A stretch of DNA of 64,000 nt from NCBI GenBank assembly GCA_010093815.1, contig ML996583.1; one strand, given 5' to 3'. Shown here in pieces: positions 36,503 through 47,924 of this stretch (positions are counted from its first letter, which is position 1; every line of letters begins with the position of its first letter). The position numbers and the translations under genes were made by a program. This stretch comes from Pseudovirgaria hyperparasitica (taxonomy: Eukaryota). The notes under the pieces are model-generated. The model was not told the DNA's origin and ran no database searches. It saw only the letters and a program-made list of their open reading frames with translations.

Positions 36503-38096
36503 TCAAAGTGCTACCGTCGCCTTGACTGTGGCATCTATACTTGCGATTGTATGATCCATATTTTGTGCATTGAGCCCACTATAACCGGCGCAGGTAAGGA
36601 TCTGTACGCTTCTTGTAATATGGGTATTGACTCACGCTATAGAGACCCGACCAGAATCCTGAATATATACGTGGTACTGTTCACGAAGGATAATGATTTG
36701 CTCTGGTGCAAGTCCGATATAACTACTGAAGTCAGCCAAATTATGATCATTAGATCTCTCCCGGTTCCTGAACGTACGAAAACATTCCCTTTTGATCTGT
36801 GACGTGGCTCCAGTGACCCGGGGTTCCTAATCGCTCGAGACCCTGTCGAAGCTGCAGTCTTCTCTGCCTCAGATCTACAGCCATAGATCGTACTTGTCTT
36901 CTCCACTGATCCTCCAATTCTGGATCCAGTAATATTGTCTCTACAATTGTTGCGCCGAAGTCGGGCATTGCACCTGTTTCAGCACGCGCTTGCAACCGCA
37001 TTTGTACTTCCATGCGTTCACGCACACTTTCATCCGGCACTACGAAGGACAAGACGCCAACTCTTTCGCAATACAGTCCAAAGCACTTGCCGTACGTTGC
37101 AGCGAGCAGTAATGGAATACCACGCTCTGCGAAATGACGAAAGCCTGCGAGGTCTTCGTCAATACAACCACTAGCTAGCCCAGGATATGCTGCATCCCAA
37201 AAGGCGAAGTGACCATGCTGCTCGAACACCGTCGCTAACGACTTCCATTGCTCGAGTGAAGGGTCACATCCTGTTGGGTTATGGGCTCCGGTTTGTAGTA
37301 CGACTACAGATTGGGATGGTAGGCCACTCAATGTCGCCCGAAAAGAATCGAAATCGAAAGCCTGTGTGACTGAGTTGAAGTACGGCACGTAATGTGCTTC
37401 GATACCTTGGCTGGTGAAGACATTGCTATGATTTGCTGTGAGGTGTGTTAGCGAATCGCAAAATCATCTCTGAAAGTCGGTTCTCTCACCCCACGACTCG
37501 GTCGGTATGAAGACTTTAGGTCTCTGGGTCGTCTTCCACGGCTCGTAGTGGTTTCTGAGCAAGACAGCACCCATGTGACAGGCTCCACTTCCACCCAGAG
37601 CTTGCATTGATACAATCCTGTTGACTGCATCAACATTGTTCCCATGGTTTGCTCGCCATAAGGAGAATACCTGTTGTTTTTCACAAGGAGACTATCCGTG
37701 CCAAAGAAAAGTCTCTGGCTAACATCACGAAAGCTTCGTGTACCCAGGTGCGATTGGCGATACTCGTGGTTCCACTCGAGATCACTGAACATTCGACGTT
37801 TCGCCTGTCGAATGTGTTCATTACTTTGACCTAGAAAACGATCGGGTAGGCGAGCACACCTCTTTCACAGCTGGCAAAACGTATGGCAGCCCGTCACTCG
37901 TTCTAAAAGCCCCAACCATGAGATTTGTCTTCAGAGGATGCCTGTCCGCTCGGAATGCTTCAAGTAAGTTCTCCAAGGTCTCTACTCCAACATGTTAGCT
38001 TGAAAACTTGAATTGCTTTGTGACAAAGTTTGCGGTTGGTCTACCTAATTGACCCTTAGGTATATTTCGAAACGGGTAGGGGTAAGCAATTTCCAT
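36503..38096 (-). CDS. Divergent aspartate aminotransferase-family (fold I PLP) enzyme, multi-intron
   Basis: Spliced product from ATG 38096 (MEIAYPYPF..KTNLMVGAFRT..PYVLPAV); GAHNPTGCD, WDAAYPG, PLP-lysine motif TYGKCFGLYCERVG, QKGMFSY, SGRVS; stop TGA at 36503-36505. Confidence 0.9.
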
Positions 38097-38349
38097 GGTT
38101 TATATGAAGTCCACAGTTCTTTGAGTCCCTTGTTACGCGAAAACATATTTTACGAAAGAGAGCGTCGAGCGGGAGATGAGTCTTCTTTTATCATACGCAC
38201 AGTGGCTTCACGTGATTACATGAAGTTACTTTTCTCTACGTGTCACATAAAAGGCTTTGGGGCCTTAATATGCGTTTAGGACAGCAACTATACTCTGAGA
38301 CCCGTCTTATCGACATTGTCTTACTAAAAATTCCGGAGCATCGCAGTCA

Positions 38350-39993
38350 TTACAGCAAGCTCCTGGGCTCCTGCAAATAATCTATAGAAGTCCTTTGAGC
38401 AGCTTTCAATGCTACTTGTAGAAGACCTAACAAAGTCTCCTTGTCCTCTAGACCTGCAGAGATCCGAACGATCGTCTCCATAATACCGTGGCTTGCTGCC
38501 CATTGCTTCTCGTTCTGAAGAACCATCTGCACGTATGGTTGAGCTAGAGTGTGGTGCAGCCCAAGCGATGGCCCTTTCAGGACGTGCAGGTTATCGAAAA
38601 ACGCTACGGCAGCGGCGACTGTCTTGAAGTCTATGGTAAGTAGGCAGCCATATCCTGGTGTGAAGTCATCCACCTGTTCCCACATGCGCTCCTCGTAGTA
38701 ACGTGCCGATGGACTGACTTTCGGGTAGTACACTGCCTTTACCACGCTGCAAGGGTCCTTAGTCAAAGGATACGCATAGTCAGCTAGATACGCTGCGTTA
38801 GTATTGAGGATAGACTGCCTGCGCAAGAAGTTCCGGCTGTTATGCTCGAGTTGTATTGCATCGTCAATGTACACATTGTTTGTGTACGACGATACGAGTG
38901 ACTTTTTCAAGGTTTCGTGATGCGGAGAGGCTGCGTTGAGGGTCAGGCTACCGGCTAGAAGGTCGGCAAATCCATTGAATGACTTCGAAAGAGAAGTTAC
39001 AACAACATCGGCGACTGGCATGACATTGACATTGGCAAATGTACCAATGGTGTCATCCACGATTACAAGGAAGTCGAACCGGTCTGCAAGTCGACGAACT
39101 CGGCTTAGGTCAACTGTCCACAACAGTGGATTGGACGGACATTCGCACCATACTGCCTGCACTTTGATGCCTTGAGCCAGGTCGGTCTCGAATCGGTCAA
39201 TCTCGGCATCTGTTCCCATGCTATAGAAATGCAGCCCTGGACCGTATGTCTGGAGCATTTTGATTGTCAGTTCGTAGGGAAAGCCAATGATGGCGCTGGC
39301 TAGTCCGCGCCATTGTAGGAGGAGGTGGTGTAGGTGATAAATTGCTGACATTCCGGAAGGATACAAGAATACATCGCTAGGGTCTGAGATGCGAAGGAAC
39401 CCAGCGATGCGACCTTGGATGACCTGGTATGGAGAAACTAGCGGGGCTAAATCCGCTCCCGCTCTCACTCCCGCTCCCGCTGGCGTCAGGGGGCCGAGAG
39501 GGATCGCCGCGTAGGATTGGCCCACGTGGTCAGTCATATCCTTGAGCGTGAGACATTTCTCCGCTAAACGGGATGAAATACCCGTACCTGTCAGGCGCCA
39601 GAACAGTGCTCCAGCCACTGAGAGGTCCGCGGGAAACACAGTAGCCCAGAGGTGAACGGACATGGCTTCATTCCCGAATTGGCGCGCTACCAGTCGGACA
39701 TTCTTGGCACCCTTGTGCTTCACAAGATATTCCCTGCATGCAGACGCATGCAACTCACTAGGGAACAGCAGAAGCATATCGGTGGTGTCTAAATCTCGCT
39801 GACAGTGTTCATTGAGTCTTCGTATATCTTGGTGGAGAAATGACCGCGGATAGCCGTTCCGCAGTGCCTTCATCACCCGTAAATCCCCCCCACCAAGTCC
39901 ACACATGTCTCGCCATGTCGGAATCTGGACAGAAATGGCGTGTCGAGCTTCCGGTATCGCAGTTCCCAAGGGTGGTAGGCTTACGCGAGCCAT
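38350..39993 (-). CDS. Cystathionine gamma-synthase-like (Str2/Met-7 type) PLP enzyme, intronless
   Basis: HAISVQIPTW, GYPRSFLH, TGTGISSR, YPSGMSAI, ECPSNPLL, VDDTIG, SLSKSF(N)G (PLP Lys), KGPSLG, VRISAGLE. Confidence 0.92.
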   Translation of the reverse strand: MARVSLPPLGTAIPEARHAISVQIPTWRDMCGLGGGDLRVMKALRNGYPRSFLHQDIRRLNEHCQRDLDTTDMLLLFPSELHASACREYLVKHKGAKNVRLVARQFGNEAMSVHLWATVFPADLSVAGALFWRLTGTGISSRLAEKCLTLKDMTDHVGQSYAAIPLGPLTPAGAGVRAGADLAPLVSPYQVIQGRIAGFLRISDPSDVFLYPSGMSAIYHLHHLLLQWRGLASAIIGFPYELTIKMLQTYGPGLHFYSMGTDAEIDRFETDLAQGIKVQAVWCECPSNPLLWTVDLSRVRRLADRFDFLVIVDDTIGTFANVNVMPVADVVVTSLSKSFNGFADLLAGSLTLNAASPHHETLKKSLVSSYTNNVYIDDAIQLEHNSRNFLRRQSILNTNAAYLADYAYPLTKDPCSVVKAVYYPKVSPSARYYEERMWEQVDDFTPGYGCLLTIDFKTVAAAVAFFDNLHVLKGPSLGLHHTLAQPYVQMVLQNEKQWAASHGIMETIVRISAGLEDKETLLGLLQVALKAAQRTSIDYLQEPRSLL

Positions 39994-40619
39994 TTTTGGT
40001 TTCTAAACAGGTGTGCCTGAATGACTTGAATGAATGATGAATGAAAGTTTGTATGGCCATGCAAACGAGGCAATGCTGGAGTCTGGTTCATTTATGCTCC
40101 ACGCTTGGTAATTGGCTGGGGCGTCCACGACGGCGCTTGTAGTCATGCAAGGTCAGCATTCCTGCAATGTCGTGCCATTCAGTGATCACATCCATGCAGC
40201 TCCATAATGAGAGAAAGTAAGCTTCCGATGGAGCGAGTATTCCTAGTTATGGCAATACCATACCAGGACTTCGACCTTCATATGGACCCGAATAAACGGA
40301 CAGTCCTTTAACTCCAGTGATTGAAGCCATGGCCTAAGACCAGTTCTAGGTTTCTACGTCAACACCGAAGGAAAGCTCAAACAACACTCTTCAGATGTCG
40401 AGAAAGAGAAGGGGACTACACGCTAAAGAGGCGCTGACGAGGGGCATCATCTTGTCGCCATTGACCGTAAACGAAAAGGTCTTACTATTACAACCGAATC
40501 CGGTAGTTGTCGACCAAGACAGAGGTGGCTTAACCTCCAACTACCCCGAGGCAACTCTCTCATACCTCAGTAATTGCAACTCCCACAATGCTGTCACTGA
40601 CATCGTATGGAATTTCACC

Positions 40620-41529
40620 CTAGCTCTTCGCCATAACCACAGCATCTATTTCTGATCCCGCTCGTACGAGTATCTCTACGATCTGAACAAAACCTCCCTC
40701 GGCGGCATAATGCAAAGCTGTTTTTCCTGCCTGGTCAACGTCATCGACCGGTATGCTATGCTCCAATGCGTATCTAACCACCGCTTCGTGGCCATATTTT
40801 GCTGCCAGATGTAGAATCGTGCACCCATGCAGATCGACTGATAGCGGGTTAGCACCGCTTTGCAAGAGCAAATCTACCACCCTCGAATGGCCGAGGGCGG
40901 CCGCGGAAAGAAGTGCTGTTCTCCCCACTGCTGGGTATCGTGGATCTGGCTGTCCTATAGACAGGGCCACTATCAGTCATGGTACGTGGAGTGCAGCAAG
41001 GTGTTCGGAACTAGACGACGGCCGTGATCGAAAACACACTTCCCTAGGAAGCACAGATCGCATGTGAAAGTTGAACAAACGAAGGCAACCTACCGCAGAT
41101 ACCCTCAATCTCTGCCAACTCATGACTGTCCACCGTGTATGATGTCAAACGCTGATTTTGGTTCTCTATCATTCCAGCCGATGGGACATTAGTGTTGGAG
41201 GTCGGATCACCGAAAGCAAATTCCAGAGCCGCATCCCACTCTAATAGTGTAGGTGAGGTACTTTGAGACTGAGTCAACGAAGGGTGATTGTTGAATGGTA
41301 GCATGTCGGGGGTAGAGCTTGATGTAATGCCTTGCGACTGGTCCTGCTGTTTCGGGTGCTTCCGGCGCTCTCGCACGCTCTGCCCTATGAAGGGAATATC
41401 AGTACAAGATCACGTATAGCTACGAAAGGAAGCCACTGTAATACTGTAGTTACGCTGCGCGAGCCTATTACGCGTCCTCTTTCGCTCAAGCTCGGACGGC
41501 TCAAACCGTGGAACGTGTTCACCGAGCAT
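40620..41529 (-). CDS. bANK transcription factor (bZIP-type basic region + ankyrin repeats, TOXE/APS2-like)
   Basis: Exon 1 + 2: ERKRTRNRLAQRNYR.. with no leucine zipper; last exon has ankyrin repeats (GRTALLSAA, GCTILHLAA, GKTALHYAA); a phase-1 intron from ~41093 to ~40958 joins them. Confidence 0.88.
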
Positions 41530-43944
41530 GATGAAGCTGTGATAGAGCCGGAATGACGCTGCATCGTAGAAGAAAGACGTCAATGTTCGCCTCCAGAGAG
41601 ACGCCGTGAGACTTTGCAAAACGACATCTCAAACTCCCCTGCCTACTGTGTCACGTGTGCCCAATCGAACTGAAGCTGCAGGGGTTGCCGGCGCAGTTAT
41701 CGGCGTCGAGTCTGAGGGCCGATCTCGCGAGTGTGCACGGACAACTCTTCGTACTACGCTAAGTGCGGCCATGGCTGGCTGAAGATGTAGCCAAAGCTGC
41801 AGACGGCCGAGAGGGATCCACGGCATAGCAAGTGATGAGTATACGTGGGGATTTTGTTGACAAATGTGAGCGAATTAGCGCACGGGACATCCATGGGCGA
41901 TCCCCATCTACCTAGGTATGGTCCATTCATAGAGGGATGTGCCTCAGGGAATGGGTACTCACGATCTGATTCTTTACGGGTCAGCGAAAGCCAGGCTGGT
42001 GTACTCATAGAGTCAAGAAGTACCACGAGTCGACTGTTTTGAGGGTCATGTTGTAGCAGTCCCGGAGTTCATGCTAAGGTCTATAATGAGGTGGTGGTGG
42101 TAGGACGACGCGAGTCTCCATTTCATGCTAGAACTATCCGGATACACTTTACTCGGGGCAATCTCGCAATAGATCAATGGAAATACGGCCCGAGCTTAGC
42201 ACCATCCCCTTATAACTTTTTCGGCATGACTAAATATTCTACTGAGCATGGTTGCATCAGAAAACTTCATAGAAAGATTCGTTAACTAGAAGTAGCATTT
42301 TGGCTTCCGTTAGTCTTGTGAAGCAAGAGCTCTACTATGAGCTCATAAGCTCTGCCTTCCAATAAGCGAATTCACGTCTGATAGGCGCGGGTTCGACAAG
42401 GCAACTAGGCGTCATTGGAGTTATAGCTGGCGATATGCCCCTCTAATTTTCAAAGCATAATTTCACGGGTGTTTCTCACCGGTGTGTGGTTATGACTGCG
42501 ACTAAGTATGCCAGAATATACTAATACTTTACCCATGAGACATACCTTCATTGTTTTATGATTCCAATCATCAGTTCGCTCGTAGAGCAAAGACTTTACA
42601 AATACAGCCAGACGACACGCAATAATGCCTGTCAGCGCGCTTAACATTTGATAGCACCAGATCCATATTATTTAGCATTTTAGTAAAGTACATGGCAGAC
42701 AAATTCAGGTCTAGAAAGGGCCTTCACATCATCTCTCTCGTGACCATCATCGTAGGAACTGCCCTTGCCCCTCTATCCCAGTCGTGAGTACTTATATCAT
42801 TCATGCCTACAATCTAGAGACTGTTGCTTGTATGCCTCCCTCGATGTAGTTCCTCTGCTTTGTCTTAAGCGAGCACCACAGGCGGCGTCTTAGTCTGCAG
42901 CATTGATGGTTGGCTTGTCAACCATTGCTCGCAATACTGACCCGGATACAATGCCCAGACCTTGGGCATAATCACATCGTCCGTAAGCGCCGGTTAATAC
43001 CTGATTCTCATCTTTGAGCTTTAAGTAGATCACGTAGTCATCAAGGATGTTACTAAAGTCCTTCGATAGCAGGCATCCTAGTTCAATTCTACTGCAACTG
43101 GCCTACATGGTCCTCACCTTTACTGCTATACTCCTGTGAAATTATCTTGCCGTTACTTCTCATTAAGCCAGAGCTAAACGACTCCCTATATTTCACAGAA
43201 TAAATTCTAACAGGGTCTGAAACTCTACTAACCTCGTATAACAGAAACACCACTTCAACAAGCGCTTCCGCGTTTTGCGGGAGTATGCTCAGTAAGCCCT
43301 GAGTTTTGACCCCTCTTCTCACCTACATATTCTATACAGCTACACTGTACTCCCCTTACATGTCTTTCACGCTTCTGGCTAGGGAAGCTTTCCTGCTCTT
43401 GGCCTCTTTCTTGGCCTCTAAGTACCTGGAATCGTATTAGCATTCTGGACTAGCAGACGGATATGGGTATCGAAGTCCTGCAGCAGCACGAGCACAGTGG
43501 GTTATAAAGTTGCAGCTGCGGTAGTGGTCTGTGCCGGAACCTTGCTCAAATGTGTAGCGTCTGTTGAACTATACGGTAAGTAAACATTATGATATTATCA
43601 GCTATGGGTTTTCTATCATGCCTAGACGTTCTAAGGGACAGCAAGCAGGAAGGCTAAGTCTGTCCGGTCCTCAAGCCGGCCGATCAAAGGCCTTTCCTCT
43701 TTATACTGTTAGCTACACGTTAGGCATCCACTGGAGACTTTTTCTGGGTCTTTGGTCGATATCAAAGGATATTCCAGAATGAGCATATTATTTGGTGATA
43801 CTACATGATAGCTCTACTGTCTTAATTTATATCAACTAACTCTGCTTCAACCTAGCTAGCTGTAATATCATTGTATTGATACTCGCTCCTATAAGCAAGA
43901 ATAGAGAGCGTAAAGCGCTGGATGAAGTCGCAGAATATCAAGTT

Positions 43945-46306
43945 TCAGTAGGTAGTTGCGCCATATAGGTCCATACTTTTGTCAATGTCCAGTGACGTGG
44001 CGGCATCATGTATTCTTGTAACGATTATCTCTTGCCATCTCTATAGGAGAGACATAGTCAGTACACTCTCTCGTGGTCACTTGACTTCCTAAGTCCTGTG
44101 TGTCAACATACCTTTGCATTGCTCATATTGCCAGCAGTAAGGCTCGAAGCGAGTCCAGGGAACGGATCTGCATTCGCATAATAGGCGGCAGGCCCGAAAA
44201 CAACGTGTTTTGCCCAAGGTCGATCATCTAAGCCAGCTTCGTAGATAAATTGACGTTCGAAACCTTTGTACCGGCGATTTATCTCCCGTACCAGCCCCTC
44301 TGTACTCCTCGGGTTCGTGTCAAATGACTTTGCCCGCAGGGCGTCCGCTTGCGCTTCAAACTCCTCTCCAGCAGCACGGAGCACCATCAACGCTTCCTCG
44401 AGGGGTAAGAAGCTGAATACATCTGATGATTCGGGGACTATCTTGCTCTTGAGTATTCTCACGAAGCCCTGGAGCTCGGTAACGTACTCCTTCACACTGA
44501 GTGGAAGTATAGGACTTTCAGACAGCGCACCTACCATCAAAGCCCACACTTTTGCGACCGCGGTATGGTACTCCCAAGTGGGATCTCCAAAATTATCCAT
44601 CCAATTGAGGCCATCGAAAGCAGAGTGGTAAGGGTAGATGGGATCTTTGGACCCAGCTGCGTAACCCATGTCAAGGCTACTTATCCCCAAGGAGTCCAGG
44701 AATATGGCACCATCGCTGCTGCTTCCGGGGGAGACTTTACCGTCCCACTCCTCAAGCAACGTCTGACCTTTGACGGATTGATTTGGTGACAGAACACTAC
44801 CCATCGCATCTTCAATGACCGGGCGGAGTAGAGGACTAGAGTGTATTCTAAAGGTCTTGCCGCTTGTCGCAACAACGACATTAAGGTATGCGACCGTATG
44901 CCCTGAGAGCCAAGCACGATTAGCCTCTGTCCATTCTGTAGAGCCTAGGTGGGCATATTCTTGGCCGTCCCAGCTCCCAAACATGATTGTTCGTCGAGGC
45001 TTCCAGCCGCGTCGAAGTGCCAGTCCGAGGCTGCGGATCACTTCGTTCATTGCAGCCGAGCCACTGTTCGGATCGCCACCACCAGGCGACCATGAGTCTC
45101 GGTGGTTGCCTATGATGATGACTTCGTCTTCGATCTGTCCAGGGATTGACCCAATAACGTTCCAGATAGGAGTTATCGTGAAGTTTTGAAGGCTGTCTAG
45201 ATTGACGATCAAGTGGCTAGGGGAAGGGCCGACGTTATATTGCACTCCCCTATAACCAAGCCCACCACCTTGCCAACCCTGTCCAATGTTGTCTGCTTTA
45301 GGGCCATGGCCGTTGAGAGCTTTAAGAAAGGGGAGCGCATCTGCAAAGGAGATCGGAATCGAGGGGATAGATGGCAAGGAGAGTTTTCTCCTCAAATATT
45401 CTTCCCTTGAGGGACAATCAGAAGGCGTGAAATTACCAAGCGGAGGTACTGTGATTATGATGATTACAATTAGCGTATATCAAGATAATAAACAGCAAAG
45501 ATCTTACAGTGTAGAACAACTGAGCCTCGCTCGATGGTTGTTGGGTTACGGGCAGGTCCATTTGGAAAGGCCTCGAAGCCGTTATCTTCTGTGATTTCCC
45601 CATCTTGCTGAGGATCAGTATACATAATCACAGCAGCAATGCCGAATTCCTCTGCGACCTGGACTTTGACACTGCGCCCGACCATCCCGTATTTAACTAT
45701 CGCAATCATTCCTTCTAGTTCAACATCTAGATTGAGGAGCTCATCGTAGTCCTCCCGAGTGCCGAAATTCGCATAGACATACTGCCTGCTGACGTTTCCA
45801 CTAGCCGAATAACCGTGGAAGGATGGAAACCGGGCACCAAGATTGCCATTATCACCGAGATCCTCTCGCAATCGCGCTTCGTAGAGCCGGCTTACGTCTG
45901 AGCCGTTCTGCTTCAACAGAGTGAGACTCTGATGGACTGGATAATTCAGATATACATCGTAGGGCACAACTTGGACTTTTGGAACCCCAAATTCTTTCCA
46001 CCTATCTCGGGTCCACAAAGCCTGACTTTCGTTTGTCCCGGCTAAATGGAGTCCGCTCCCATAGTAGCTAGTCCACTCTCTGACCTTTGTGCCGTTAGGG
46101 GTTTCTTGGAGGATCTGTTGAAGCTGTCTGTACGATATATGTCCCTGCCCGTGCAGGGCAGTGAAATAAGGGAGGTCATCCCAGAAGTGTAAGCTCGAGA
46201 AGACAAAGAGCAGTGAACAGACAAGGGCGGCAACTGAAGCAGTTCGGTGGGTAGTAGCTGTCCTTGCTGCCGGCTGTGGCAGGTATAACAACAGCTCCGA
46301 CTTCAT
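43945..46306 (-). CDS. Peptidase M28 (glutamate carboxypeptidase II / transferrin-receptor-like) homologue with PA domain; catalytic residues altered
   Basis: N-terminal TM helix; HLAG, FHGYSASG, YANFG, PA domain, GNHRDSW, GGDPNSG, SWDGQEY, YLNVVVA, YHSAFD, GLDDRPWAKHVVFGP; 2 introns; stop TGA at 43945. Confidence 0.9.
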
Positions 46307-46880
46307 TGTTGAGTCGTGCTTACGGGTGGCTCAGCTCAGCATGTACAATTGCCACTAAAACAGACGCAGCAATATGGTATTGATGCTCTCTGAAGTAAAA
46401 AATAATTCCCAAACCAAAATTAAAAACTTACGTACTCTCCATACTTCCGTATGAGTGGTTACAGACAGTAGAGGCACAAGATGGGCTTGCAGTGTACCAC
46501 CTTCATTATGGAAGTAAAAGTCGGTGAGATGTCAGAGAACAAAGGAATGCCAAGGCGTTAAAAAGTAAAGTCAACACCCGGACATCCTGCAGCTTCACTG
46601 CATTGGCGCCGAATCCATCTGTGCAGGCTGATTCGACGAGACGACTTCCTTGTCGGGTACTAGTGTAAATCAGCATCCATTCTCAAGGAGCAACCGTAAC
46701 TTATGGCATTACCAGTTCCTAACACGAAATTCCGAACTTAGCGACATGTCTCCGTCAATGCATATTATGATGTCTAAGCTCTGTCGAACAAGGAATAGGC
46801 AGATCGTGTCTGTACTTTGCTCACACAAGGGTCCCCAACTGTCTCGTTCATGAAACTACTCGTATCCAGAGCCCTTGACA

Positions 46881-47855
46881 ATGACCCAATATGATCGCTT
46901 GGTACGAAGTTTCAGAGCTTTAAGAAGGATAGCAAAGCATGCTTCCAGCCCGATTGGTATTTGGGGGAACAAGACCTCAACAAGACCTCGTCAGTCAAAT
47001 TAGATGCTCACGTCACTACCTTTAGCCTAACTACTGATATGTCAATCAGAATCATCATATTCAATTCCACATCTTCGAGTGGATCCTAATGTTAAGCCAA
47101 TCGCACCCAAGCATGTCGCTGAGATCCACCAAATTCTGGAGTCGTGCGGTATCTCGAAGGTCACGCTCGCGTACGCGGATCCAGAGAGCGACTTTCTCAA
47201 GCACCTCATTCTGAACCTCAACAAACATTTTCAACATGGCCCACCCATCACACACAGCTCATCACGGGGCTGGTTCTGGGATGTGCGACCGACCTCTGCT
47301 TCCCTGGAAGCTGACAGTCAGAAAGCCCGCTCCGAGACCATGGAGAGCTTTCCCTGGCACACAGATTGCAGCTACGAGGCTTGTCCACCACGCTTCTTTG
47401 CTCTGCACGTACTACAGCCCGACAGATGTGGAGGTGGGAATCTTTCTGTGCTTGACGTAGACCAAGCCGTACGGCTGCTTCCAAAGCAAACGCAGGATCA
47501 ACTCCTGCGCCCTGAATTCGAGATAGCGGTCCCAGAAGAATTTTGCAAAGGAGGCGAATCGAGGGTTACCGGAAGTCTTTTAGGGAATGGGTCCGGAGAG
47601 GCGGCGTTTCAGCTCCGGTACCGAGATGATATCGTTCGACCTTTGACAAAAGGCGCTGCTCTAGCACTTGAAGAGCTGCGTCAGCTTCTCCAGAGCGCGG
47701 CGGTCAAGCCGCTCGTCTTGCAACTCACACCAGTTCTCCTTCCTGCTGGATCTGTCATACTTATTGACAACAGGCGTTGGTTACACGCTCGAGATCAAGT
47801 GAAGGACCCAGACCGCCACCTCAGAAGAGTACGCTGGGATGCACGGCCATTTTAA
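46881..47855 (+). CDS. TauD/TfdA-family Fe(II)/2-oxoglutarate dioxygenase
   Basis: ATG 46881, intron 46957-47049; facial-triad motifs FPWHTD and DNRRWLHAR, followed by RHLRRVRW. Confidence 0.9.
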
Positions 47856-47924
47856 GAAGTTGATGCGCAACCAATGTCGATTTAGGTCTTCCAGAAGTTC
47901 AGTACAGGGTATTACTGATTCCTA

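Noticed and set aside
41722..41731. ATCTCGCGAG resembling the TOXE tox-box upstream of the bANK gene
   Set aside because: Single imperfect copy; I did not see it recur in the other promoters.
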